DNA of 64,000 bases from an uncultured Nitrospiraceae bacterium. Lineage in GTDB: Bacteria > Nitrospirota > Thermodesulfovibrionia > Thermodesulfovibrionales > SM23-35. Below the pieces are notes generated by a model that saw only the letters and a list, made by a program, of their open reading frames with translations, was not told the DNA's origin and made no database searches. Shown piece after piece: positions 1 to 9,906 of this stretch. Location: the NCBI GenBank assembly GCA_963727775.1, contig CAVSHB010000001.1, positions 32,001 through 96,000 of the forward strand, given 5' to 3'. The position numbers and the translations under genes are program-made. Each line of letters starts with the position of its first letter. Position 1 is the first letter of the stretch.

Positions 1-369
1 TTCCGTCGTGAAATGTTTATAACCTGGAGCGCCAATAACGATAAGCCCGCCAGGTTTTGTGACTCTCTTAATTTCTGCTATCGTTTTCCAGAAATATTTA
101 TCGTGTTCAAGCACGGCATTACAAAGAACGACGTCAAACCTATTATCTTCAAAACAGTCCATGAAATTTGCGTTTCCCTTATGAATCCTAAAATCCTTAA
201 AATCGTGAGGACCATCGAGATTTATTCCAACCTTCTCTGTTGCACTTTCCAATGATTTCATGCAGAGAAGACTCATCTTTGAAGAGATGGCGCCAACCTC
301 TAATACAGAACCACTAATATGTCTCTTCGAACAGATTTGCTCAAACTCCTGGTAGATTTTAGGATGCAT
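1..369 (-). CDS. Class I SAM-dependent methyltransferase (runs off window start)
   Basis: Manual translation from ATG at 369: MHPKIYQEF...SVLEVGA...FDVVLCNAVLEHD...EIKRVTKPGGLIVI, open to position 1; typical methyltransferase motifs. Confidence 0.8.
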   Translation of the reverse strand, partial: MHPKIYQEFEQICSKRHISGSVLEVGAISSKMSLLCMKSLESATEKVGINLDGPHDFKDFRIHKGNANFMDCFEDNRFDVVLCNAVLEHDKYFWKTIAEIKRVTKPGGLIVIGAPGYKHFTTE

Positions 370-507
370 TGTTTTCTCCTATTTTGTAAACGGCATAACA
401 ATTACTATACCCGGCATGTATTTTTTCCCGTCACGGATATCATCATAGTATAGTAGTCAGCTCTTGAAAAGGCAAAAACTCAATAAAATCAGGAAGACTT
501 TTAATTG

Positions 508-711
508 TTACATATTGTATGAGCTTCTCGATAAAATAATACCAACGAAAACAGCCGCAACTCCGGCAATAATATAAATAATGGAAGTTAGTTTCTTTAC
601 GGACTCGTCTCTCTTTATCAAGGATATAATGCCTGCGATGAATGCAACCAACCCAACCACAATAAGGTTAATTCCAACAACAAGGCTGAAAATATTATTA
701 AGAGTACCCAT
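508..711 (-). CDS. Small membrane protein, two hydrophobic helices
   Basis: 67-aa ORF with two long hydrophobic stretches. Confidence 0.55.
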   Translation of the reverse strand: MGTLNNIFSLVVGINLIVVGLVAFIAGIISLIKRDESVKKLTSIIYIIAGVAAVFVGIILSRSSYNM

Positions 712-809
712 TCAGTATACTTGAGAAACAGGATCTTGCCCCTGGAAGGGTTTTTCCTTATAAGCCGACGCAAGTCTCTCAGATGGGTGTACCCGGTAAC
801 GTTTTTCTT

Positions 810-992
810 TCATCGCTGTTTACAAGACTTACAAAGAAGAATTAGCCGGCCTTCGCGGAAGGTTCGAGATAAATGACTTCTGCAAAATAATTTACCGCAT
901 CCCTTACATTTCCCTCCACGGTCATAACTGAAACTCTTACCACAGTGAGAGCATATAAAAGGGACGATTACATGCTTACCATTCATTATCAA
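810..992 (-). CDS. Small zinc-finger-like protein
   Basis: CxxC...CxxC...CxxH...CxxC pattern in 60 aa. Confidence 0.5.
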   Translation of the reverse strand: MIMNGKHVIVPFICSHCGKSFSYDRGGKCKGCGKLFCRSHLSRTFREGRLILLCKSCKQR

Positions 993-1357
993 TTATACTC
1001 CGCACAATTATAATATGCATTAGATACGCACACTGGAGGATCCGCCGGGGAATTCTTTGATAAAACGGAATACCTCTTCTCTTTGAACCGCGCATGGCTC
1101 AACCGTATGGCTAAGATTTTAGGGTAGAAGATGTATTTATGAAAATGGTTCAGTCCACACAGATGACTCTTTCTTTATAGCTCATAATCCGGTAAAATTT
1201 ATTACATCGGGCCATGTTGAAACATATTTAATCGGAGCGGTGGCTGTAGTAGGCAATATTAATAACGTCCCGTTTTTTTATTATTTCACAGAGGGGAAAA
1301 TTCATCTATTGCCTTCAACACGGCAGTATTGTTTGTATTATTAGGGAAGGGATTGAT

Positions 1358-3754
1358 ATGTCTATCAGATTAAAACTTACTATTATGTTTATGGTCTTTG
1401 TCTTAATCCCTTCGCTTTTTATCAGCGTTTTAACTTTCACTAAGTATAAAAAATCTTTAGAGACCATCCGCCTTTCAGAGCTCCAAGATATTGCTGCTTT
1501 TAAGGCGGATAGGATAGAGACATACTTTGCCTCATTAAAGGCTGATATAGAGATAGCCCAGGGCTATTACAATATCAAGAAGAACCTTCCTGTACTCACC
1601 CGGCTTACTGACGACCCGAACAATCCTAAGTTCCTTGCTGCTAAAAAAATGCTTGATGAACAATTACAACGGATGCAATCAGTTTTAGGCCTGTCTGATA
1701 TTATGCTGGTTAATCCCATTGGCGAGGTCGTTTACTCCAGTAACCCTAAACACATCCCCAAAGACTTTTTGAATCCCCTTCCTGACCCGCAACAAAAGGC
1801 TTTTGCAGAAGGGAAAAATAGAGTATATTTTTCCGATATCTTTTTAAACAAAGAGCAAAGCAACAGGCCGGCAATGCTGGTTACTGCTCCGGCCTCTGAT
1901 TTTGACGGAACTTTTATTGAGGTCATTGCTTTTGAAATAGACATGGCCTCCATTTATAAGCTTATTCAGGATGTAACCGGGCTTGGCACTACCGGAGAGG
2001 TCCTGGTGGGAAAGAAAATAGGAAACGAGGCGATATATTTGAATCCCTTAAGGCATGACCCAGAAGCAGCTCTTAAGAAAACTATAAATATAGGCGGGAC
2101 GCTTGGCGGCCCTATTCAAGGGGCTGCGCAGGGCAGAAAAGGAGCCGGCCGGTTAATTGATTACAGGGGTAAGGAAGTTATCGCAGCTTGGCGGTATATC
2201 CCTTCTTTAGATTGGGGAATAGTGGCTAAAATTGATACCGAGGAAGCATTTGCCGACGTAATAAATTTGAGGAATGTGGTCATTATAATCCTGTCTATTG
2301 TTTTTGTTCTATGCGGCATAATAGCATTTTCGATAGCCCAGTCTATTTCAGCGCCTATTAAAACTCTCTCTAAAGGCGCAGAGATAATCGGAAGCGGGAA
2401 TTTAGACTATAAAATTGGAAGCAATCTAAAGGATGAAATAGGTCAGCTTTCAAGAACATTTGACAAAATGACCCAGGATTTAAAGAAGATCACTGCTTCG
2501 CGCGATGAATTGAACAGTGAAATCGCTGAACGCAAGCGGGCTGAAAGTGTTACGCAGGCCCAGCTAAAGATTCTGGCCGTGGCCAATTCGAAAACACTGT
2601 CTACGGATGGAGTGCTTCGGCTGGTGTTGGATGAAATCGAAGCTCAGACAAACAGCAAGATCGGCTTTTACCATTTTATGGAGGCCGATAACGAAACGAT
2701 CTCGCTACAGAACTGGTCGACTAATACTCTCGGAAACATGTGCACCGCAGAGGGCAAAGGCAGTCACTACCCAGTTTCCCGGGCTGGCGTCTGGACGGAT
2801 TGTGTGCATGAGCAGCGTCCGGTAATCCATAATGACTACTCTTCTCTGCCTCATCGCAAGGGGCTGCCTCCCGGACACGCGCCTGTCATCCGGGAAATGG
2901 TTGTCCCGCTTCTAAGAGATGGTCGGATCGTAGCGATCATCGGCGTAGGCAACAAGCCAAGCAATTATGACGAGACCGACATTGCAAATGCTTTGCTACT
3001 CGGGGACATCTCATGGGAAATCGTCGAGCGCAAGCAGGCAGAAGAAGAATTGCGCAGGCTTACAGAAGAGTTGAAGAGCTCCAACGCTGATCTGGAGCAG
3101 TTTGCCTATGCCGCTTCGCATGACCTTCAGGAACCCCTGCGCGTGGTCGCAGGATTTGTCAGTCTGCTCGAAAAGAGGTATAGAGAGAAACTCGATGATA
3201 AGGCCCGCGAGTTTATCGATTACGCCGTTGATGGCACCAAGAGGATGCAGCTACTCATTAAAGACCTCCTGGCATATTCACAGGTTGGGACAAGGAGGAA
3301 GACCTTTGAACCGACAAATTGCTCAGTAGCTTTGGAACAGGCAATCTACAATCTGCATAAGGCTGTCGAGGAAAGTGGCGCAGAAGTGACCTACGACCTG
3401 CTGCCGATAGTATCGGGTGATTCTTCACAGCTCACCAGATTGTTCCAGAACCTCATTGGAAATGCAATTAAATACCATGGGAAAGATAAGCCGGAGATTC
3501 ATATTTCAGCTCAAAGGAAAGGAGATGAGTGGGTATTTTCAGTGCAGGACAACGGTATCGGCATTGAATCTCAATATTTTGAGAAGATATTTGATGTTTT
3601 TCGCCGTCTTCATACAAGAGAAGAGTATGATGGCACCGGGATAGGGCTGGCAATATGCAAGAAAATTGTGGAGAGGCACGGTGGAAAAATCTCGGTTGAA
3701 TCGGCTCCCGGCAAAGGTTCGACGTTCTACTTTACAGTGCCTGCCAGCAACTGA
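1358..3754 (+). CDS. Membrane sensor histidine kinase (Cache-HAMP-GAF-HisKA-HATPase)
   Basis: Two TM helices, HAMP (DEIGQLSRTF), GAF, H-box ASHDLQEPLR, N-box NLIGNAIKY, G boxes DNGIG and GTGIGL. Confidence 0.93.
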   Translation: MSIRLKLTIMFMVFVLIPSLFISVLTFTKYKKSLETIRLSELQDIAAFKADRIETYFASLKADIEIAQGYYNIKKNLPVLTRLTDDPNNPKFLAAKKMLDEQLQRMQSVLGLSDIMLVNPIGEVVYSSNPKHIPKDFLNPLPDPQQKAFAEGKNRVYFSDIFLNKEQSNRPAMLVTAPASDFDGTFIEVIAFEIDMASIYKLIQDVTGLGTTGEVLVGKKIGNEAIYLNPLRHDPEAALKKTINIGGTLGGPIQGAAQGRKGAGRLIDYRGKEVIAAWRYIPSLDWGIVAKIDTEEAFADVINLRNVVIIILSIVFVLCGIIAFSIAQSISAPIKTLSKGAEIIGSGNLDYKIGSNLKDEIGQLSRTFDKMTQDLKKITASRDELNSEIAERKRAESVTQAQLKILAVANSKTLSTDGVLRLVLDEIEAQTNSKIGFYHFMEADNETISLQNWSTNTLGNMCTAEGKGSHYPVSRAGVWTDCVHEQRPVIHNDYSSLPHRKGLPPGHAPVIREMVVPLLRDGRIVAIIGVGNKPSNYDETDIANALLLGDISWEIVERKQAEEELRRLTEELKSSNADLEQFAYAASHDLQEPLRVVAGFVSLLEKRYREKLDDKAREFIDYAVDGTKRMQLLIKDLLAYSQVGTRRKTFEPTNCSVALEQAIYNLHKAVEESGAEVTYDLLPIVSGDSSQLTRLFQNLIGNAIKYHGKDKPEIHISAQRKGDEWVFSVQDNGIGIESQYFEKIFDVFRRLHTREEYDGTGIGLAICKKIVERHGGKISVESAPGKGSTFYFTVPASN

Positions 3755-4498
3755 CCGACAAAGCTTGTTTTGGAAGAAGTCGCTACCTTCTAACCCCAAA
3801 TAATATCGCATAGTTCTTTCGATAATCCTCAATATCTTCTTTCTGCAGAATCATTCAGTATAGATAAAAAGTCTCAAATTCTGATAAGTGCGAGGGATGC
3901 GCCTTTGATGAAAAAATCTTGAATCATCAAGTCTTTCCATTTTCAACACGTTGTAGGGTATGCCGTGTAAAACATATGACTTGTCGGTTAAAGTCCGACT
4001 GTGGGAATTTGGTAGCTCACCCACATAGCTTGAGGGAGGTGCAAAGGGTAACCTGAAGCATTAAGTTTCCTGACAAAGGCTCCGAAAGGGAGCTGAGCAA
4101 ACCCGCAGGCCGCAGCGTAAGCGAACCTATGTGTAGCCTCGTTAGTGATAAACGGAGTTGTCGACCCTCTCCTACATTGGGGAAGACCGTAGCATCTATC
4201 CTAACAGAAACTACCGTAACCGATAGATGGGCTCCCGGGGTGACAGGGGTGGCATGCAGGGGAAGCCATATGATAATAAACACGGGAGACCCGTGTCGAT
4301 GCCTTCAGAGGGTAACTGGTGGATATAAGGAAACGAAGTTTCACTGGGTCGGCATGGGAGTCGGAGTTGCCCATAGTACCGCTACTATCTCAAAGACAAC
4401 ATAACTTTGAGAGAGGGAAGGGGCAATACCTTCATCATGTTTCCGAAGGAGTAAAGGAAAGGAGATTGCGGCAACGCTATAAACTCCAGTAGTTCTGG

Positions 4499-4534
4499 GA
4501 ACTTCAGAGGAAACTATACCAGTAGACCAAGCGG
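4499..4534 (+). pseudogene. Relic of the outer intron's RT N-terminus
   Basis: Reads ELQRKLYQ*TKR after an AGGAG RBS-like site, then runs almost directly into domain V, so most of the ORF is deleted. Confidence 0.55.
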
Positions 4535-5110
4535 TAGCGAAAGCCTCTGGAAGAAGATGATTGGAAAGCCGGATTCGGGAAAACCGACCGTCCGGTTGTG
4601 TGTCCAGCGAAGGCTGGTGTGTTCAGCAGGAGACAGTCCTGCCATGGCAATAGTCAGAAGCCATGTAGTTAGGATGGCAAGGTAAAGGGAAACCGATATC
4701 CTGAAGCCCATCGACACTATCATCAAAGGGATGATAACGAGTTGCCAGGCCGCAACGAAAGTGAACGTAGAGGTGGCCCCGAGAGTTCGAAGCCCTGAAG
4801 GCCGAGTTTTCAACCGTAGGGTGAAGGCAGCATAGGTAATCGAAAACTGACTGATACGGTTATTTACTTCAGCGGGGTGATAGCGGCGGCATGGCAGCAA
4901 GGGCACACCGAGCAACTGGAGAAACCCTCATCGCCCCAGTGAGAAATCACCGGAGCAAGGTAAGTCCTATAACCAGAAACACTGGGAAGTGGGCTGAAGG
5001 CGGAAGGGTGGCGGAAGGGTCAGCAGTAGCGAAGAAGCAGGGTAATTCCTGTGGAGCGAAGAGGCCCTACTTTTGGCAATCCTCTAACAACATTGTGAGG
5101 CAGGGATGGA

Positions 5111-5746
5111 ATGACAAAGACATCTGTTAGTCTGCAAGAGCTGAGGAAGAGGATCTACGTCAAGGCGAAAGCTGATAAGCATCATCGCTTTTGGGGATTG
5201 TATGTTCACGTATGCAAGGTGGAGACGCTCCAATCGGCCTATGAGATGGCCAAACGCAATGACGGGGCACCGGGCATTGATGGTGTCACCTTCGAGGCTA
5301 TTGAGGAAAGCGGGCTGGAGGAGTTTCTCCTCGGCATACGAAATGAACTGCTTTCATGGATGTACCTGCCTATGCGAAATCGGAAGAAAGAGATACCAAA
5401 GGACAACGGAAGAGTTCGTGTTTTGGGGATACCAACAATCCGAGATAGGGTAGTGCAGGGCGCGCTTAAGCTTATTCTTGAACCAATCTTTGAAGCTGAC
5501 TTTCAAGAAGGCTCATACGGGTACCGTCCGAAGCGGACAGCGCATCAGGCGGTGCATCGGGTCGCAGATGCGGTAGTCCACAATAAAACACGGGTCATCG
5601 ACGTTGACCTCAAGGCATACTTTGATACAGTGCGTCATGACATATTGCTGAGCAAAGTAGCAAGAAGGGTCAACGATGACAGAGTGATGTGGCTGCTCAG
5701 ACTCATACTAAAAGTCAGTGGTAAGCGCGGAGTTCCACAGGGCGGA
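5111..5746 (+). pseudogene. ltrA: Group II intron RT/maturase, N-terminal part (disrupted by RIT)
   Basis: GAPGIDG, RVLGIPTIRDR, SYGYRP, DVDLKAYFD, ends at GVPQGG; the track ORF runs on into the RIT end to 5785. Confidence 0.93.
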
Positions 5747-5772
5747 TTATCCAAAGCTTTGGATAATCCGCC
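5741..5772. repeat. Perfect 32-bp palindrome at the RIT left junction
   Basis: GGCGGATTATCCAAAG|CTTTGGATAATCCGCC. Confidence 0.97.
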
Positions 5773-5857
5773 TTATCAAAAGTAATATATTATCCAAAGT
5801 AAATGCTGTAAGCGCTTGATACAGTTAGGTTTGTGTTTCATTTACTTTGGATAATAC
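5767..5857. repeat. RIT left inverted repeat (91 bp)
   Basis: Reverse complement of 9147-9237 with 3 mismatches; contains TTATCCAAAG boxes in both orientations. Confidence 0.95.
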
Positions 5858-5865
5858 TGCGTGTG

Positions 5866-6876
5866 TTAGAGACGGCTTAGCCAGGCAAGTAGCCCTTCAT
5901 CTTGGTTCCACTGCGGCAAATCAGTTACAACCATGTCGGGATATGCTTTTTCTAACGCTTTTCGTTTCAGCTCAGTATCTGTACGGGCATAAATTTCAGT
6001 TGTTGAAATATCGACATGCCCTAAAAGATCCCGGATATAAATCAGGTTAATCCCTGCCTGTAACAAATTCATCGCCTTCGTATGCCTGAAAACATGGGGG
6101 GTAACATTATCCGGAATAATCGAAGACACTGCCCTTGCACGAGACACGTATTTGTTCAGAATGAATGTAACGCCCATTGGAGTCAGCTTGCCGCGCTGGC
6201 GATTTACAAATAACGGGCGGTCCTGCATGCCGTTTTGAAGCAGATAAGTTTCGGTCATGTACTGCCGCAGCAGGGATTCCATATTGGACATAATTGGAAC
6301 CTGCCTGGTTTTGCGGCCTTTGCCAGTCAGGGTCAGGATTGGTGGATGATCCAATCGGACATCACGAACCTTTAGATCAATCAACTCCTGAACTCTGGCC
6401 CCTGTATCATACAGTGCCGAAAGCATCGTTAAGTCACGACGGCCACTGGCTTTGGAAAGATCGGGCTGGGCAAGAATGAGTTTCAATGCATCAGGTGTGA
6501 GATAATGCACCGTTGGCTTTGGAGCTTTCTTCATCGGAATTGAGAGAATTTTCTGGTATGACAATAGACCGACAGGGTCTTCGACCTGCATATACCTACA
6601 AAAGCCATGAATACAGGCCAATCGTTGGTTGCGCGTAGCGATACTGCTTTTTCTGTCTTGTTCAAGCCATGAGAGGAACCCAACCACGAGTGGCTCATCG
6701 ATGCGTTGTAGACAGATATATTCAATGGACAGGCCGCAACCCTGTTTGCAGTATATGAGAAACAGTTTGAAAGTATCCCGATAAGATTTGATCGTGTTGG
6801 GGCTGACATTGCGCTGGCCCGGCAGATAAACGGATAGGTAATGAGATAATGCCTTGGCAAAGTCAGTTGGTTTCAT
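5866..6876 (-). CDS. ritC: RIT tyrosine recombinase C
   Basis: LYDTGARVQE, GKGRKTR, HVFRHT, LLGH, TEIY catalytic motifs; ATG at 6876 with GAGGAG RBS. Confidence 0.9.
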   Translation of the reverse strand: MKPTDFAKALSHYLSVYLPGQRNVSPNTIKSYRDTFKLFLIYCKQGCGLSIEYICLQRIDEPLVVGFLSWLEQDRKSSIATRNQRLACIHGFCRYMQVEDPVGLLSYQKILSIPMKKAPKPTVHYLTPDALKLILAQPDLSKASGRRDLTMLSALYDTGARVQELIDLKVRDVRLDHPPILTLTGKGRKTRQVPIMSNMESLLRQYMTETYLLQNGMQDRPLFVNRQRGKLTPMGVTFILNKYVSRARAVSSIIPDNVTPHVFRHTKAMNLLQAGINLIYIRDLLGHVDISTTEIYARTDTELKRKALEKAYPDMVVTDLPQWNQDEGLLAWLSRL

Positions 6877-7849
6877 AGTCTTCACTCCTCATAATAGGTA
6901 TGACATGGCCAAAAGCATGGTCCACCTTTGCCGTTATATCCGGATAAAGTTCAGCGGTCAGCCTCAAGTACTGGGATGTATCGCTAAAGGAATGATGGCC
7001 CAGATACGTTTTGAGAATAGGCAGGTAGGCAGTCAAATCCTTTCCTTCCAGCACCCAGCGCCTCAGACAATGAACAGCATGGCTATGCCTCAAATCGTGG
7101 AGCCGCGGCCCTTTTCCCCATCCACCATGAGAAATCCGGGCTTTCCAAAGGAATTTCCTGAAATTTTTATAGACATTCCCTTTGGTTATCGTTTTTCCGT
7201 TCGGAGAAGGAAAGAAATAAGCGTTAGAATCAGAAAACAAATGGACCTGCTTCATATAGGCAGGACATCTATGAAGTAATTCCTTGGACATAGGAACCAG
7301 CCTGTCCTTGTTGAATTTCCCATCCATAATCGTGAGGACACCAGTGTTCAAATCTACATCCCGCACTTTGAGATTCAGCGCCTCCGAAATACGCAACCCA
7401 CAGCCATACAACATACGGAACAGCAGCGGCATGATCCAATGTCTGTTCGGAACTTCGGCACAGTAATGGCAAGCATCCACTTGTTTGAAAAACTCTGCAA
7501 GCTCATCATTGCTGAAAATGTAGGGAATGTATCTGGGTCCCTTCGGGAGGGTATTTTTGGGAAGCACATAAGCATGCACCCCGAGACGAGTCATGTACAT
7601 GGCCAGTTGCCGTACAACGCATACCCTGATCTGTAAAGTCGCCTGAGCTTCATTCGGGCGTTTCTGACGCCATGAATCGACAAGTTGTTTGGACAGTACC
7701 GGTTCTGTGCAGCCGTATGTCAGACAGAACTGATCAAAATGGTAAAGCACCCGTGCACTGCTGTCATACTTATACCCCAGCGAACGCTTTTGTAGAATCA
7801 CTTCCTGGATAAATTCCTGAAATGGACTGCTATATATGAATTCGGTCAT
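6863..7849 (-). CDS. ritB: RIT tyrosine recombinase B
   Basis: LYGCGLRISE, HDLRHSHAV, YLGH, YL; ATG overlaps the ritA stop (ATGA). Confidence 0.9.
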   Translation of the reverse strand: MTEFIYSSPFQEFIQEVILQKRSLGYKYDSSARVLYHFDQFCLTYGCTEPVLSKQLVDSWRQKRPNEAQATLQIRVCVVRQLAMYMTRLGVHAYVLPKNTLPKGPRYIPYIFSNDELAEFFKQVDACHYCAEVPNRHWIMPLLFRMLYGCGLRISEALNLKVRDVDLNTGVLTIMDGKFNKDRLVPMSKELLHRCPAYMKQVHLFSDSNAYFFPSPNGKTITKGNVYKNFRKFLWKARISHGGWGKGPRLHDLRHSHAVHCLRRWVLEGKDLTAYLPILKTYLGHHSFSDTSQYLRLTAELYPDITAKVDHAFGHVIPIMRSEDYETN

Positions 7850-9081
7850 GACTCGAACACCCCCTCGGGGTTCAGCGCGCATTCACGTAGCATCTCCACG
7901 TCCACCTTAAGATAGACAGCCGTTGAATCCGAACTGACGTGTCCCAATATATCGGAAATAACGGATAAGGGTGTTTTCTCTTGAAGTAATCTGCTTGCCA
8001 GCGTGTGCCGTAAGGAATGCATGCCTCTCTTTTTCTGAGGAGAAATCGGGATTTTGGCCAGTCTCATATATTTGACCAAGATTTGATGCAGTCTGTCTTC
8101 ATCCGAGAATGGTTCCAGTGGCGCAAGGTGCCGCAAAAAAACGTAGGGGCTTTCCACCTTGGGACGCCCATTTTTCAGATAATCAATGATCGCCCAGCCG
8201 ATATCGGGAAGAAGTGGGAGGCTCAGCACTCCGGACGTTTTGGACTGTATCAATTCGATGCGATTATCCGGCCATTTCAGGTTGTCCAATTTCAAACGCT
8301 TGATATCTATCGTACGGAGGCCCAACCGCGCGACCAGAAGGATCATTGCATAATCCCTTCTTCCGGCAGGATTGCCTCTGTCTATGACATCGAGCAACTT
8401 GGCGACATGCTCCGGAGTCCATACCGAAGGAATTCTGTTTTGCTTTCTGGCCTTAATCGCAGGGATGGTTTCTGCCAGGTCCTGTGGATGAAGATCGTTA
8501 GTGTGAAGATAGCGCAAAAACGAGCGCAACGCACAAAGATGCAATTCTACAGTCTTATAGCTGTACCCCAACAACGTGTTGATATAGCCGGATACATGTT
8601 TAGCGGTAATATCTGAATAAGAGACAATCTTTTGTGATTCCAAAAAACTCAGAAACTGTTCGGAAATTTTACCATAGTGATTTTGTGTCACTTTGGAGTA
8701 TTCCTTCTGCTGGCAATGGGTTACATAGTACTGCAGTACCTCCTTGAATTCGTCGTTATACAGCAGCTCTTTCTGTTTGTAGTACCTGCGCAGAATGCTG
8801 CCATGTTGCTGGAAGTCACCAAGCATCCGGACAACTCGAAAGGCGTTAATGATCGATTGCGTTAGATCTCCCGCTTCCTCTAATTCGAAAAAGTTATACT
8901 GCTTGTCCAGAAAACGCATACCCACTTCTTCTGCAAAGTGGTCGACTCCTTCGTTTTCGAAAAACGCGACAATACGTTTCCACATCATGCGATAGTACTT
9001 TACCGTATCTTTTTTGTAATGGAGACGGTACAGTTCTTTTTCCAGTCGTGTGATTAAATCTTGCAAAGGCGGGCTGTTCAT
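7846..9081 (-). CDS. ritA: RIT tyrosine recombinase A
   Basis: RDYAMILLVARLGLR, HSLRHT, ILGH, VYL; 411 aa. Confidence 0.9.
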   Translation of the reverse strand: MNSPPLQDLITRLEKELYRLHYKKDTVKYYRMMWKRIVAFFENEGVDHFAEEVGMRFLDKQYNFFELEEAGDLTQSIINAFRVVRMLGDFQQHGSILRRYYKQKELLYNDEFKEVLQYYVTHCQQKEYSKVTQNHYGKISEQFLSFLESQKIVSYSDITAKHVSGYINTLLGYSYKTVELHLCALRSFLRYLHTNDLHPQDLAETIPAIKARKQNRIPSVWTPEHVAKLLDVIDRGNPAGRRDYAMILLVARLGLRTIDIKRLKLDNLKWPDNRIELIQSKTSGVLSLPLLPDIGWAIIDYLKNGRPKVESPYVFLRHLAPLEPFSDEDRLHQILVKYMRLAKIPISPQKKRGMHSLRHTLASRLLQEKTPLSVISDILGHVSSDSTAVYLKVDVEMLRECALNPEGVFES

Positions 9082-9146
9082 CGGTATTCCTCCAAAATAT
9101 TTAGTGAGATCGGTTCTTCAATCTCCCATAAATACCTTGGTCTGCC

Positions 9147-9237
9147 GTATTATCCAAAGTAAATGAACCCCAAACCTAACTGTATCAAGCGCTTACAGCA
9201 TTTACTTTGGATAATATTTTACTTTTGATAAGGCGGA
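9147..9237. repeat. RIT right inverted repeat (91 bp)
   Basis: Inverted copy of 5767-5857, ending in GGCGGA. Confidence 0.95.
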
Positions 9238-9906
9238 GTAATCTCGCCCCTACTGTCGAATATCTATCTTAACGAGGTGGATAAGATGCTGGAGAAGGCG
9301 AAAATCGTAACGAGCAAATCTGGTTTTACCCATGTCGAATATGCTCGTTTTGCGGATGACCTTGTGGTACTCGTAGATGGGTATCGCCGCTGGGACTGGC
9401 TGGTAGAGAGGGTATATCGGCGACTTCTTGAGGAGTTCGCAAGAGTTGATGTAACAGTCAACGAAGAAAAGACACGACTGGTAGACCTGATGAAAGGAGA
9501 GAGCTTCAGCTTTCTGGGATTCGACATTCGGAGTGTCCGAACACTGAGTGACAAATCAGGAGTGCTTATTACGCCAAGGATGAAAGCGCGGACGACCCTT
9601 TTGCATAACCTCAAGGAAATCTTCCAGCGCTTCATATCGCAACCAGTGGGCCGGGTGATAGAACTGATCAACCCGAAACTCCGGGGCTGGGTTAACTACT
9701 TTAGGGTGGGACATTCCAGCAGGTGTTTTCAGTACGTAAAAGATTGGGTGGAGAAGAAGATACGGCGGCATCTTATGAGGGCTCGAAAACGGGGAGGCTT
9801 TGGCTGGGACAGGTGGAGTAGAGACTGGTTTTACGGGCATCTTGGGCTTTATGCCGATTATAAGGTGAGGTATTACCGTGGACTCGAAAGCGCTGCCAGC
9901 GGATAG
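9238..9906 (+). pseudogene. ltrA: Group II intron RT/maturase, C-terminal part
   Basis: VISPLLSNIYL, YARFADD catalytic motif, FSFLGF, thumb/X domain INPKLRGWVNYF; no endonuclease domain seen; the joined ORF is 434 aa. Confidence 0.93.

Larger units (their letters stand above)
5747..9237 (-). mobile_element. RIT (recombinase in trio) element, 3491 bp
   Basis: Three overlapping tyrosine recombinase genes; 91-bp inverted repeats; GGCGGA at both junctions (5741-5746, 9232-9237); removal restores the RT frame PQGG|VISPLLSNIYL. Confidence 0.92.

Noticed and set aside
13..255. 80-aa plus-strand ORF
   Set aside because: Antisense to the methyltransferase at 1-369
1358..3754. Histidine kinase as regulator of the mobile nest or hopanoid genes
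   Set aside because: Adjacency only; no cognate response regulator or binding site identified
4017..5130. ORFs 4017-4283, 4129-4404, 4514-4915, 4891-5130
   Set aside because: They overlap intron ribozyme domains and have no protein motifs
5747..5857. TTATCCAAAG repeats as a CRISPR array or DnaA-box cluster
   Set aside because: Short boxes in alternating orientation with no spacers, mirrored at the other RIT end; better explained as recombinase sites
5866..9081. Prophage or integron integrases
   Set aside because: No phage genes or attC cassettes; three overlapping recombinases between inverted repeats fit a RIT
5111..9906. RT as a retron, DGR, Abi or CRISPR-associated RT
   Set aside because: It is flanked by a GTGTG 5' end and domains V/VI and has a maturase thumb domain; no template/variable repeat pair or cas genes were seen
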